This document shows positions 14,018 to 26,966 of a stretch of DNA of 64,000 nucleotides, one piece after another. A program made the position numbers and the translations under genes. Source of the stretch: Octopus vulgaris (lineage: Eukaryota). The stretch lies in contig OX597840.1 of NCBI GenBank assembly GCA_951406725.2, positions 3,038,001 to 3,102,000 on the forward strand, read 5' to 3'. Below the pieces are notes generated by a model. It was not told the origin of the DNA. It ran no database searches and saw only the letters and a program-made list of their open reading frames with translations. Each line of letters starts with the position of its first letter. The first letter of the stretch is position 1.

Positions 14018-14872
14018 AACTCACTGTTTTGTTTTCGTTTAACATTTCATGATAAACGAAGTTGAAGGAACCATCTTCCCGTTGACATGTCCGTATATTT
14101 AAAACTTTATTTCCAAAGGACGAATAATTCTTGCACTTTTGAATTTATGCAACATGCAGTGTCTGATCCGAACGCATTATAAAAGATTTAAGTTAATACG
14201 AATTTAACCTGTATGTTGTGAAGTAGTCTTCAGAGAAAGAAAAAAATAAAATTCGAATGGAAAAAGTGACGTTTATTTTACTGTTAAAATGAGTAACAGA
14301 CACCGCTTCGGTCAAGAATAAACATAGAATTGCCCTTAGTAAATTCCCCTCTCAATCACAAGTCGAGGTAATGTTGTTTGTGGATGGTCGGCAGTCTCCA
14401 ACGGATACCATTCTTCCCTCTTCACGCCAACAATGTCGTCCAAGGGAAAGGCAAAGGGGCCGATACAGCTTGGTACCAATGACGTCGCAACTTATTTCTG
14501 CAGCTGAGTGAACTGGTGCAAGGTGAAATAAAGTGTCTTGCTCAAGAACACTACACACAGCCAAATCCGGGAACCGATCTCACAGCCTCACGGTTGTAAC
14601 CCCAACGATCTAACCACCGAACCATACGCTTTCACTGTAAGTATTTAAAAAAGTACCTTCAAAGGCGCAGCAGTGGCTGTGTAGTAAGAAGCTTGCTACC
14701 CAATCTTATTGTTCCGGGTTCAATCCCACCAGCGGTTCGGCAAAAAAGAGCGTTATAATAATTACTAGGCTTACAAAGAATCAATCATGGCGGTGCTGCA
14801 GCATGGCCACAGACAAACGATTGAAGCAAGTAAGAAAGAATAAAAAAAGAATATGTTGTATTATATACGTAT

Positions 14873-14956
<84 letters not shown>

Positions 14957-15299
14957 TGTATGTATGTATGTATGTATGTATAAGGATAAGATCGTTAATT
15001 TAAATTAAATAAGGATCTTATCAAGTGGCCGGCATGGAAATAAAAACCTTCAAAGGTAATAATTATAATTAAAATTACATATATACATATTCTATTGTGT
15101 GTGTGTACGACGGGCTTCCACACAGTTTCTGTATATTAAATTCACCCACCGGGTATCGGTCACTCAAGAGCTATTGTAAAGAATCCCTTTCCCAAGTGGG
15201 CCGCACAGTGGGACTGAAACTGAAACCAAGCGTTCTTCTTAACCATACAGCCGTTCTTGTTAATCTTTCGTAAACTAAATTTTTCGTAAATCTTTCGTA

Positions 15300-15465
15300 A
15301 GGCGCAGGAGTGGCTGTGTGGTAAGTAGCTTGCTAACCAACCACATGGTTCCGGGTTCAGTCCCACTGCGTGGCATCTTGGACAAGTGTCTTCTGCTATA
15401 GCCCCGGGCCGACCAATGCCTTGTGAGTGGATTTGGTAGACGGAAACTGAAAGAAGCCTGTCGTA

Positions 15466-15514
<49 letters not shown>

Positions 15515-15727
15515 ATGTGTGTCTGTGTTTGTCCCCCTAGCATTGCTTGACAACTGATGCTGGTGTGTTTACGTCCCCGTCACTTAGCGGTTCGGCAAAA
15601 GAGACCGATAGAATAAGTACTGGGCTTACAAAAAGAATAAGTCCCGGGGTCGATTTGCTCGATTAAAGGCGGTGCTCCAGCATGGCCGCAGTCAAATGAC
15701 TGAAACAAGTAAAAGAGTAAAAGAGTG
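15300..15727 (+). mobile_element. SINE family A, full length
   Basis: Near-identical to the reverse complement of 4226-4638. Confidence 0.9.
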
Positions 15728-17439
15728 TAAATATAAATAATGAAATGCGCATAAAAAGCTGTAGAGAAAAACTTACGAATGAAAATTTCTCGAAATTACG
15801 AATGATCGATAATAAATTTTCTGACATTGAATGTTTTGTAAATAAATTTAAGCAGAAGGCATAGAGAATCGCTGTTGCGTTGTGTTTATATTTACTTAAA
15901 TCTGTCCAAATTTTGACAAGTTTCTGACCATGTCAGATTTCTCCTTGGCTCCACATAGAATGGGAATGGTATGAATATTTGGAAGGGTAGCCTTGCACAA
16001 GAAATAAACGTTTTCCAAGTTTCCAATATTTTCAAAGTATGTAAATTTAATTAGTCATAATTAAAAGCCAGATTTTCGCTGCAAGAATTTGATTTTTAGG
16101 TGCAACTATAGGGTTTAAAAAATATTAGTTTTAGGAGTACCGAAAGTTCAAAAGGTAATATTTTTCATCTGGATTTAATAAAAATGCCTAGGTTCTTTTA
16201 AAATAAGATTATTCTAGCATTTAAAGCGTAAATGAAAGAATAACCTTTTTTTTTCATTTTGTCGCATTAACAAATACTTTTCTTTAAAAAAAAGCATTGC
16301 TTGTAATAACAGCCAGCTAGCAGGATAAGAGTGGGGGCGGGAAATGGCATGACGATGATATTCTTAATTAACTGATCATGAAAATGTGAAGGAAAAGACC
16401 AAGTGAAGCATAAAAACATAACAGGTGAAATTGGAATTGCAATTCAAATAAACCATTTTTGGTTTCGGTCGGAAAAAAATATTTCAAATCTTTAAACGGA
16501 AGACAAGTGTGTACTTCGGCAGCTGATTAGTAATGTGGTTAAATTTACAGGGCCATTTTTTCTGGGTATTCAAAGAGATTTGGGTACCCAGATATTCGTT
16601 GGCGTATATTGCGAACCCCTTGCCTCCGGTGGAGATTAATTTATATTTTATCTACGGCAGAAGCTACACGTATATATATGTGTATATACACACACACTCA
16701 CACACACACACATACACACACACACACACACACACATATATACATTCTTTCATTATTTTATTGGAGACCTCTTGAAGGGTTTTAGTCGAATGAATCAATC
16801 GCAGAACTTAAGTTACGGGGATGTAAACATATCAACAGCGGTTATCAAGCGGTGATAGGGGTGGGGGCAAACAGACACACACAAACACACATATAAGTCA
16901 TATATATATGTGTTATATATATAAATGTATATGTGTGTGTGTGCATGTATGTATATATGATGGGCTTCTTTCAGTTTCCGTCTACCAAATCCACTCGAAG
17001 GCTTTGGTCGACCTGAGGCTATAGTAGAAGACACTTGCCCAGGGAGCCACGCAGTGGGACTGAACCCGGAACCATGTGCTTGGAAAGCAAGCCTATATAC
17101 ATTTATATATGTTTATGTGTGTATGTTAATGTGCATGCATGGTTGTGTATATACGTGTGTGTATGTGTATGTATGTGTGTGTGTACGTGTGTGTGTCTTT
17201 ATGTTTATGTTTCTTCCCACAACTGCTTGACAATCGGTATTGGTTTGATTTCGTACTTGTAAATAGCGGTTCAGCAAAACAGAGCGTTAATTCCGATATA
17301 TTTGACTAAACCTTTCTCAGGTCTCTTGCCCCAGAATGGCTGCAGTCCAATAACTAAAACAAATAAAAAAACTAGCTGATAAATGATACATTTATAACGC
17401 ATTATTGAAAATTACCATTTCAGCATCGATTGAAATCAC

Positions 17440-17780
17440 ACACAAACATCTAAAGGAGCACTCCGTCGGTTGCGACGACGAGGGTACCAGCTGATACGAT
17501 CAATGGAACTGCTTGCTCGTGAAATTAACGTGCAAGTGGCTGAGCACTCCACAGACACATGTACCCTTAACGTAGTTCTCGGGGAGATTCAGCATGACAC
17601 AGAGTGTAATAAAGCTGGCCCTTTGAAATACAGATACTACTCATTTTTGCCAGCTGAATGAACTAGAGCAACGTGAAATAAAATATCTTGCCCAAAGACA
17701 CAACGCGCCGCCGTGAATTGAACTCTCGACCTAACGATCATGAGCCGAATGCCCCTAACCGCTATGCCACGCGCCTTCAA
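17440..17780 (-). mobile_element. tRNA-derived SINE family C variant
   Basis: Shared core ctcatttttgccagctga...gagcaacgtgaaat...ttgc(c/t)caa also seen at ~14500, 37110, 46570 and 61520. tRNA-like head at 17700-17780. Confidence 0.7.
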
Positions 17781-18527
17781 TCACAAACATCTGTTATGTT
17801 AAATAGCGTCACATCATTCTGAATATTAAACCTGTTTTCATGTTCTTCATTTCCCAAGGTTTTTACGGAAAGCACTTAATAGCAACGCATATATACACAC
17901 TTCAACGGACATCAACGCATTAAATATTAACATAAACAAAAAACTAATATAAATAGAATTTAAATACACATTCTACAGCGTTCCATTAACTTGTTTTCAT
18001 ATCTTTTATTCTATAAGATTGTCGGGAAAAAATTTATATATTCATTAATTTTGTATATGTGTTTATTTCCCGTTGCGCCAGTCCACTCAGCTAGCAAAAA
18101 CGAATTGCACCTGTATTACAAAGGGCCAGCTTTGTCAGACTATGTGTCACGCTGAATCTCCCTGAGAGCTACGCTAATGGTACACGTGTCTGTGGAGTGT
18201 TCAGCATGCGCAGGTTCTTCCGTGGATCAATTGAAATCCTCGTTGACTCAACCAAAGCAGTATGGAGTGCGACCTATGTGATTTTATAACAAACACATCT
18301 AATCTACTCCTGGCACAGTCGATCAGATTGATCCCAGTACGCAAGTGGTACTTAAGTATCGACCCCGAAAGGATGAAAGCAAAGTCGACCTCGGTGGAAT
18401 TTGAACCCACAACATAAAAACAGATGAAATACCGATAAGCATTTTGGCGGCGGTTTAACGTTTCCTATTTCTTTACTGCTCACAAAGGGCTACACACAGA
18501 GGGGACAAACAAGGACAGACATATACT

Positions 18528-18721
18528 TATAGGGAGAGTTTACGAAAAAAAAACAAAAGACGAAGACAGGTGGTGTAAAAACAAACAGATGTATTAGTAT
18601 AACGCTTAGGAATAGAAAAAGTCTTTTACGTTTCGAGCCTACGCTCTTCTACAGAAAGGGACACAGAAAAAAACAAGGAGAGAAAAAAATGTGTGTAGTG
18701 GCTAACGATCTATCATGGCGA

Positions 18722-18727
<6 letters not shown>
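18528..18727 (-). mobile_element. ~200-bp hammerhead-bearing mini-element (copy 1)
   Basis: Homologous copies at 22159-22354 and 34090-34280. Motif at 18623-18658: cttt-CTGTAGA-a-gagc(gtag)gctc-GAAA-cg-TA-aaag. Confidence 0.7.
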
Positions 18728-18764
<37 letters not shown>

Positions 18765-18769
<5 letters not shown>

Positions 18770-19802
18770 CGACCCCAGTGCGTAACTGGTACTTATTTAA
18801 TCGACCACGAAAGACTGAAACGCAAATTCGACCTCGGCGGAATTTGAACTTACAAAATAAAGACGGACGAAATACTTATTTCTTTACTACCCACAAGGGG
18901 CTAAACACAGAGGGGACAAACAAGGACACACAAACAGATTAAGTCGATCATATCGATCCCAGTGCGTAACTGGTACTTATTTAATCGACCCCGAAAGGAT
19001 GAAAGGCAAAGTCGACCTCGGAATTTGAACTCAGAACGTAGCGGCAGACGAAATACCGCTAAGTTTTTCACCCAACGTGCTAACGTTTCTGCCAGCTCGC
19101 CGACTTTGAATGAATGACGAAATTTTATAAGAAATATACATTGATTTCTTTACTACCCACAAGGGGCTAAGCATAGAGGGAACAAACAAGGATAGACAAA
19201 GGGATAAAGTCGATTACATCGACGCCAGTGTGTAACTGGTACTTATTTAATCGACCACGAAAGGATGGAATGCAAAGTCGACCTCGGCTGAATTTGAACG
19301 TAAAAACAGACAAAATACCTATTTCTTTACTACCTACAAGGCGAAATTTGAACTCAGAACGTAGCAGCAGATGAAATACCGCTAAGCATTTCGCCCGGCG
19401 TTCTAACGCTTCTGCCAGCTCACCGCCTTAATAACAAACACTTCTTACTAACTCGGTGTGTGACTGTGAGGTCAATACCAATGCGAGCCATCTTGGGAAA
19501 TTCTGTTCTATCATTGTCCTGGTTTAACCAAAGCCTTGTGCGGAAACTGAAAGAAGCCCCTCGTATATATATATATTTCTTTACTACCCACAAGGGGCTA
19601 AACATAGAGGAGACAAACAAGGACAGACAAATGGATTAAGTCGATTACATCGACCCCAGTGCGAAATTGGTACTTTATTTATCGACCCCGAAAAGATGAA
19701 AGGCAAAGTCGACCTCGGCGGAATTAGAACTCAGAACGTAACGACAGACGAAATACCGCTAAGCATTTCGCCCACCGCGCTAACGTTTCTGCCAGCTCGC
19801 CC
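18765..19802 (-). repeat. Cluster of SINE B copies and partial tandems
   Basis: Repeated atcgacc(c/a)cgaaag(g/a)atg...gtcgacctcgg and tttctttactacccacaagg segments. Confidence 0.85.
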
Positions 19803-20463
19803 CTCGTATATATAATCTAATTATAACTCTTTGGTCGGCCTGAGGCTATATGGTAAAAGACACTTGCTCGTGGTGCCACGAAATGCGACTGAAACCGGAA
19901 CCATGTGGTTGGGAAGCAAATTCTTTAACCAGATAGCATCCTCTAAACAATTACAATAGAGAAGGATACGCGTGCCTTTATAATACTCAGCAACTTACAC
20001 GGCAATTAAGTACATTGGTAGATTCGATAAACCTAAAACTCCTCGGGAAAATCGACGGAGATCCCCATTGTAATATTTTACAATATACACAAAACACTCA
20101 AAGCAACCATACGCTAAATACCAGGGAAGTGTCGCCTCGGTAGGCAAGCTAAGCATGCCTACCTTGAATAAAATAGATCGATAGCAACATTTTCCTTTTA
20201 CGGCGAAATATGCACCTAATTCAATATATGAAGGTCACACTGATTACTGTGCATAAAATGAAAATATATATATTACTCTCTTTTACTCTTTTACTTGTTT
20301 CAGTCATTTGACTGCGGCCATGCTGGAGCACCGCCTTTTAGTCGAGCAAATTGACCGCAGGACTTATTCTATCGGTCTCTTTTGCCGAACCGCTAAGTAA
20401 CGGGGACGTAAACACACCAGCATCAGTTGTCAAGCGTTGTTGGGGGGACAAACACAGACACAA

Positions 20464-20501
<38 letters not shown>

Positions 20502-20688
20502 TATATAAAAGGGCTTAGTAAAATAAATTACTTTGCCACATACTGAACTCATTAGAAATAGTAGCTAAAAAAACTTTTTTAAAACTATTTCTAATACTTA
20601 AAGAAAATCTCTCTCATATAGTGTTTGCTCAATTCAACTCACGAAAGTATGGGGGTAAAGACATTAAAAATCAAATGCAAAGGTTATT

Positions 20689-20740
20689 TGAGAACGTACG
20701 TTTCAAGATTAGTCAACTCGACATTTCTATCATCAGCTCA
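20689..20740 (-). ncRNA. Type I hammerhead ribozyme, canonical core (unit 1)
   Basis: Minus strand reads tgag-CTGATGA-t-aga..gtc..gac..tct-t-GAAA-cgtacg-TT-ctca. Stem I tgag/ctca, palindromic stem III ACGTACGT, GUU triplet. Confidence 0.85.
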
Positions 20741-21247
20741 GAACTCCTTGGTTTGGATTTGAAAACACTGAAAGTGGGAGCATACCCTTTCGGCTTCTTA
20801 TCGCTTCTGAAGATCTGCTCGAAACTAACAGTGCCAGCAAACCCAAAATATGCAAGCGAAGAATTTCTGCTCTCCCCTTTCCACCAGCGTGGGTTAAAAT
20901 CAGTAAACACTATGCTTTTTCGGTAAAATCCGAAGCATTAAATAGAGAAAGATGAATTATAATTTCAACAATTGAGGGTAAAATTAATTAATTATTAATC
21001 AATTTCACCAAGTATTCAGTATGTAAAGGGACCATTTAAGGCGAATTCAAATTATTACATTATATAAAAGGGCTTAGTAAAATAAATTAATTTGCCACAT
21101 ACTGAACTCATTAGAAATAGTAGCTAAAAAAACTTTTTTAAAACTATTTCTAATACTTAAAGAAAATCTCTCTCATATAGTGTTTGCTCAATTCAACTCA
21201 CGAAAGTATGGGGGTAAAGACATTAAAAATCAAATGCAAAGGTTATT

Positions 21248-21299
21248 TGAGAACGTACGTTTCAAGATTAGTCAACTTGACATTTCTATCATCAGCTCA
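21248..21299 (-). ncRNA. Type I hammerhead ribozyme, canonical core (unit 2)
   Basis: Same motif shifted by 559 bp. Stem II tip reads gtcaagttgac. Confidence 0.85.
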
Positions 21300-22114
21300 G
21301 AACTCCTTGGTTTGGATTTGAAAACACTGAAAGTGGGAGCATACACTTTCGGCTTCTTATCGCTTCTGAAGATCTGCTCGAAACTAACAGTGCCAGCAAA
21401 CCCAAGATATGCAAGCGAAGAATTTCTGCTCTCCCCTTTCCACCAGCGTGGGTTAAAATCAGTAAACACTATGCTTTTTCGGTAAAATCCGAAGCATTAA
21501 ATAGAGAAAGATGAATTATAATTTCAACAATTGAGGGTAAAATTAATTAATTATTAATCAATTTCACCAAGTATTCAGTATGTAAAGGGACCATTTAAGG
21601 CGTATTCAAATTATTACATTATATAAAAGGGCTTAGTAAAATAAATTACTTTGCCACATACTGAACTCATTAGAAATAGTAGCTAAAAAAACCTTTTTAA
21701 AATATATACATACACGACGGGCTTCTTTCAGTTTCCGTCTACCAAATCCACTCACAAGGCATTGGTCGGCCCGGTGCTATAGCAGAAGACACTTGCCCAA
21801 GATGCCACGCAGTGGGACTGAACCCGGAACCATTAGGTTGGCATAATTTTCCCCTGTCTTTCAATCTCACTAATTAAGCTACGCAGAGAACTGTTGTAGT
21901 ACACGTGCTGCGTACATTCCTATAACAAAGTTTTCTTTACGAACTATAAAGGCAGAAATAGATCAGCCTTCAACTCAGTTGCGCTTTCACTTTTCGCTTA
22001 CTTTTTTTGTATCTTACTACATAAAGGTCGCCAACTACCCGCCCGCCCTGAGTAGTTACTGACAGCACGTGCCTGCAAAATACGCCATAATAAATGCATA
22101 CAGTCGCAGGCCTG

Positions 22115-22158
<44 letters not shown>

Positions 22159-22161
<3 letters not shown>

Positions 22162-22354
22162 TCGCCATGACAGATCGTTAGCCACTACACACATTTTTTT
22201 TCTCTCCTTGTTTTTTCTGTGTTCCTTTCTGTTGAAGAGCGTAGGCTCGAAACGTAAAAAACTTTTTCTATTGCTGAGCGTTATACTAATACATTTGTTT
22301 GTTTTGTACACCACCTGTCTTCGTCTTTTGTTTCTTTTTTCATAAACTCTCCCT
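22159..22354 (+). mobile_element. ~200-bp hammerhead-bearing mini-element (copy 2)
   Basis: Between TA tracts. Motif at 22225-22260: cttt-CTGTTGA-a-gagc(gtag)gctc-GAAA-cg-TA-aaaa. Confidence 0.7.
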
Positions 22355-22369
22355 ATATGTATATGTATG

Positions 22370-22417
<48 letters not shown>

Positions 22418-22420
<3 letters not shown>

Positions 22421-22815
22421 TGCGGGGAAATAAATATTTGTAGCCGTCAAAATTCTTTATTTATTTAATTTTTAATGAACATAAATGGGATATACCAATA
22501 TATGCATACACATGCATGAACTAAGAATATGCAAAAGAAACTATTAAATTATAGTAACTAAGGAATTTATATACAATTATAAATATTTAGGGGTGAAAAA
22601 AGTATTCGTGCAGAACATAAATAACTGATAATTCTGATTTAATACTTCGTAGCATAACCATTATTCAGTTCCACTTCAACCAATCTCTTCTTGTAGTTCT
22701 TAATCAATGATTCGCATGTTCCTTTAGGAATTTTTTCCAATTCTTCTTGACAAATTTTCTTCAAATCTGCAATGCACGTTTTGGCTCTTGAATGAATTTT
22801 CTATTTTTATTTTCC
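22418..22815 (-). mobile_element. Tc1-like transposon right end with transposase C-terminus
   Basis: TA|CAGTG terminus at 22418. Minus strand translates DLKKICQEELEKIPKGTCESLIKNYKKRLVEVELNNGYATKY*, a typical Tc1 C-terminus. Confidence 0.85.
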
Positions 22816-23129
22816 AGCGTTCGTTTTATTTACTAGAATGTGGAAACCCCAGATAAGAGGAAAATTCTAGAATTCAAGAATACGAGGAAAATTCTAGAAT
22901 ATTGGTACATCCAGTGAGTGAATGTATAAATCCACTCGCTGGATGCATAGATATTTTCCAAGATGACGCCATTTACATAGGTTAACACGACCAATATATT
23001 GCCGATGGCCGACACTTGTCTGCCAAGATTTCTTGTCCCTTCGTTAGACGTTCGATTTTAGATACCTGGGCCGAGATCAATACTGTGTATTTGTATAACT
23101 TATACGACATTTGTCTGTATATACTCATC

Positions 23130-23259
<130 letters not shown>

Positions 23260-23644
23260 GTGTGCGAGTGTGTGTCTCTACCTGTCTATCTACCATCTAT
23301 CTGTTTGGTGACATATTTATCTATCAATCCATTTATTCATCTATTTATGCGTGCGTAGTAGAATGTGTTTATGTACATATACACATACACTGCATATATA
23401 CATAGATATACATATACACAACTACATGTATGCATATATATATATATAAACATGTATGTATATATATATAAATACATATATAAAATACATATAAATATAC
23501 ATATATAATAATACATACGATATATTTTACATTTTAAACTGAACTACTTATCGTAACATTATTATTATTATTATTGTTGTTGTTGTTGTTTCCGAAACTC
23601 CAGCGCATACACACACTACACAAGTACACACATGCACAAACACA

Positions 23645-23686
<42 letters not shown>

Positions 23687-24103
23687 CTATCAACTGCACA
23701 AAGAAACATTAGAACACAACATATCAATTTATAAATATGTGTGTATGTGTTGTTTTTCGTTGTTTTTTATTTGGTATTTGTTTGCGTTCATATATAACAA
23801 GTATTTCTCTACTACACACAATCCTCCATATATTTCCATGTAATAAGTTTCTTCAAATTTCTTAAAGTTCTCCGTCTATCTTCAGATATGTGTGTGTGTA
23901 TGTGTGTGTGTGTGTGCGTGTTGTGTATGTATTGTGAGAGAGTGAAAGAGAGAGAGAGAGAAATACCATTCTTTTCTCCTTCGTCGAAACATTCCATAAG
24001 GTTCCCTAAATATTTCTACTTTTTGGTTGCCTCCTGATTTCCATAAATGTCTCTCTCTTACCCTATATCTCTCTTCCCCTCATGCACCCTCTCTCTCTCT
24101 CTC

Positions 24104-24152
<49 letters not shown>

Positions 24153-24316
24153 AACACTTTTATCTCTTGATATACATATATATATATACATACATACATC
24201 TATGTAGATATGTGATAAATAGATCTATATATGTATGTATGTATATATATATATATAACTAGATAGATATATAGATAAATAGATTGATTCATAGATAGAT
24301 AGATAGATATGTATGC

Positions 24317-24359
<43 letters not shown>

Positions 24360-24860
24360 TATACATTCATAAATATAGACATATATGTTTGTAAGTATAT
24401 ATATGTGTGTGTGTATGTATATATATATTATGTATGTATGTATGTATGTATGTATGCATGCATGTATGTAAGTATTTATATAATTCCTGCCTTTCTTTCT
24501 CACTCAAACATTCTACGAGAGTCCCTAGAACCGAGTAATTATACAATGGTTTACTTCGTATTATTATTCTCAGTAATAATACCTCCATTTTTATTTAGGA
24601 GCGGCAATCGTTATTTTAATCTATCTTTTTTCATTTATTTTCTTTTGCTACTCTTATTTATTTTTTGCGTTTTTGAACATTTAATATCGATTTAAAATTT
24701 TCCTTGAATTAGAATTTTTCTTTCTCCTCTTCTGTTTTTTTCTTTTTATTTAAGATTTTGTAATTTTTTCCGAAGAAAAACACGATTTTAAATATTTCCT
24801 CGGATGACTGGAAAGTATGATTCTACGAAGAACCTACCTTTTAGATACTATTTATTTTGC

Positions 24861-24862
24861 TA

Positions 24863-24944
<82 letters not shown>

Positions 24945-24975
24945 CATTATTATCATTATCATTATTATTATTATT

Positions 24976-25047
<72 letters not shown>

Positions 25048-25108
25048 ATTATTATTATTATCATTATTATTGTTAGTCAAGACGAAGAGTGCAATTCGAT
25101 TGTTGTTG

Positions 25109-25139
<31 letters not shown>

Positions 25140-25300
25140 CATTATTATTATTATCATTATTATCATTATTATCATCATCATCTTCATCATCATATATTCA
25201 TAGTCATCATCATCATTATTAATATTATTATCATCCCCATCATCATAATCCTCATCAATATAATTGTTGTTGTTGTTGTTATTATTATTATTATAATTAT
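24861..25300. repeat. (ATT)n/(ATC)n/(GTT)n compound microsatellite
   Basis: Direct inspection. Confidence 0.95.
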
Positions 25301-25914
25301 CTTTATTTGATTGTTTCTTATGTTTTTTGGGGGCCCATGGGAATATGGGAATGTAAGTAAAAGAGATTTTATAATTAGGAAAAACAGAAAACTGGGTCAC
25401 GAACTTCATTCCACAGTTTAACTTTTCTGCATGGAGTGCAATTTTTAGAGATGTCAATCTTTGCATTTATTCGCACACACATCCGCATATACATCTGCAC
25501 ACATAATGCACACACGTTTATATATATATATATATATATGTGTGTGTTGAAAATGAGGGAGTCGAACATGGGAAAGGCATGCTACATATGTTTGTTGCTA
25601 GTTCAATCTCACACATACACACACACGCGCATACGCACACATTCACACACCTACATAAACACACACACATACCCATAAACACACATATATATATATCATA
25701 TATATCTATATCTGTGTGTGTGTATATATATATACACACATATATATATATATATATATGTATATCCTTAAATGCTTAAAAATGTTTTAGCCCGAAGGCC
25801 GCGGCCATCGGGCGGCACCACCATATATATATTGCTCGAGAGGCAATAGGCCGACGAATTTCGGGGTTTCGGGTCTGCCTGAAACCCAGGGTAACCCGAT
25901 GAACCGACAATATC

Positions 25915-25978
<64 letters not shown>

Positions 25979-26374
25979 GGGGGGAGAGATACATCTATAC
26001 ATATGTATACATATTTAAGACACCATGATTTATGTACATTATGTACATTATTTACATTATTTGCATTCGAGGAATATTTGTCCTCATCAACAAAGATGAG
26101 GACAAATATCCGTCGAATATAAATAATGTGAATAATGTGTATAATATATCCTTTTCAAATTCTGACACAAGGCCGGTAATTTCGGGTGAGGGTGTAAATC
26201 GATTACATTGTCCCCAGTGATAAACTGGTTCTTATTTAATCGACCCCAAACGGGATGAAAAGAAAATTTGATCCCCATGACTTTTGAACTCAGAACGTAA
26301 AGGCGCATGAAATGCTGTCAGGCATATTGCCCGGTGTGCTAACGATTCTGCCAGCTCATCCCGCCATTTAGCAT

Positions 26375-26676
26375 TTGTTTGTTCCTATTCGAGCCACGTC
26401 TGGCTCATAAGGGCCGGTTTCCCGGTTTCCTTGGCATGTAGGTTCCCCACCTGGACGGGCCGCCGGTCCGTCGCAGATGAGCTGCAAAATGCAGGAGGAA
26501 AGAGTGACAGAAAGTTGTGGCGAAAGAGTCAGCAAAAGTTTCGCCATTACCTTCTGCCGGAGCCGCGTGGAGCATATGTGTTTCGCTCATAAACACACAC
26601 ATCACCCGGTCTCAGATTCGAACCCGCGATCCCTCGACCGCGAGTTCGCTGCTCTAACCACCACGACATGTGCCTC

Positions 26677-26711
<35 letters not shown>

Positions 26712-26966
26712 ATTTATATATATATATGCATAAATATATATATATATATATATATTTATGTTCTTTCTCGAGCCATGCCTGGTTCATAAGAGCCTGTTTC
26801 TCGGTTTCCTGGCGTATAGGTTTCCTACCTGGACGGGACACCGGTCCGTCGCAGGTGAGCTGCATGATGCAGGTGGAAACACACACATCACCCGGTCTGA
26901 GATTCGAACCCGCGATCCCTCGACCTTGCGTCCGCTGCTCTAACCACTAGTCCAGCTACCTCCACG
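26375..26966 (-). mobile_element. Two SINE family C copies (second internally deleted)
   Basis: Reverse complement of 62260-62570. Heads at ~26600-26678 and ~26885-26966. Confidence 0.8.

Larger units (their letters stand above)
20501..21702. repeat. Head-to-tail tandem, 559-bp unit, two full copies plus ~84 bp
   Basis: ttatataaaagggcttag starts at 20501, 21060 and 21619. Units differ by only a few substitutions. Confidence 0.95.
20276..21840 (-). mobile_element. SINE family A copy interrupted in its internal (TA)n tract by the 559-bp tandem
   Basis: SINE 3' half at 20276-20500 and 5' half at 21703-21840. Confidence 0.85.
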
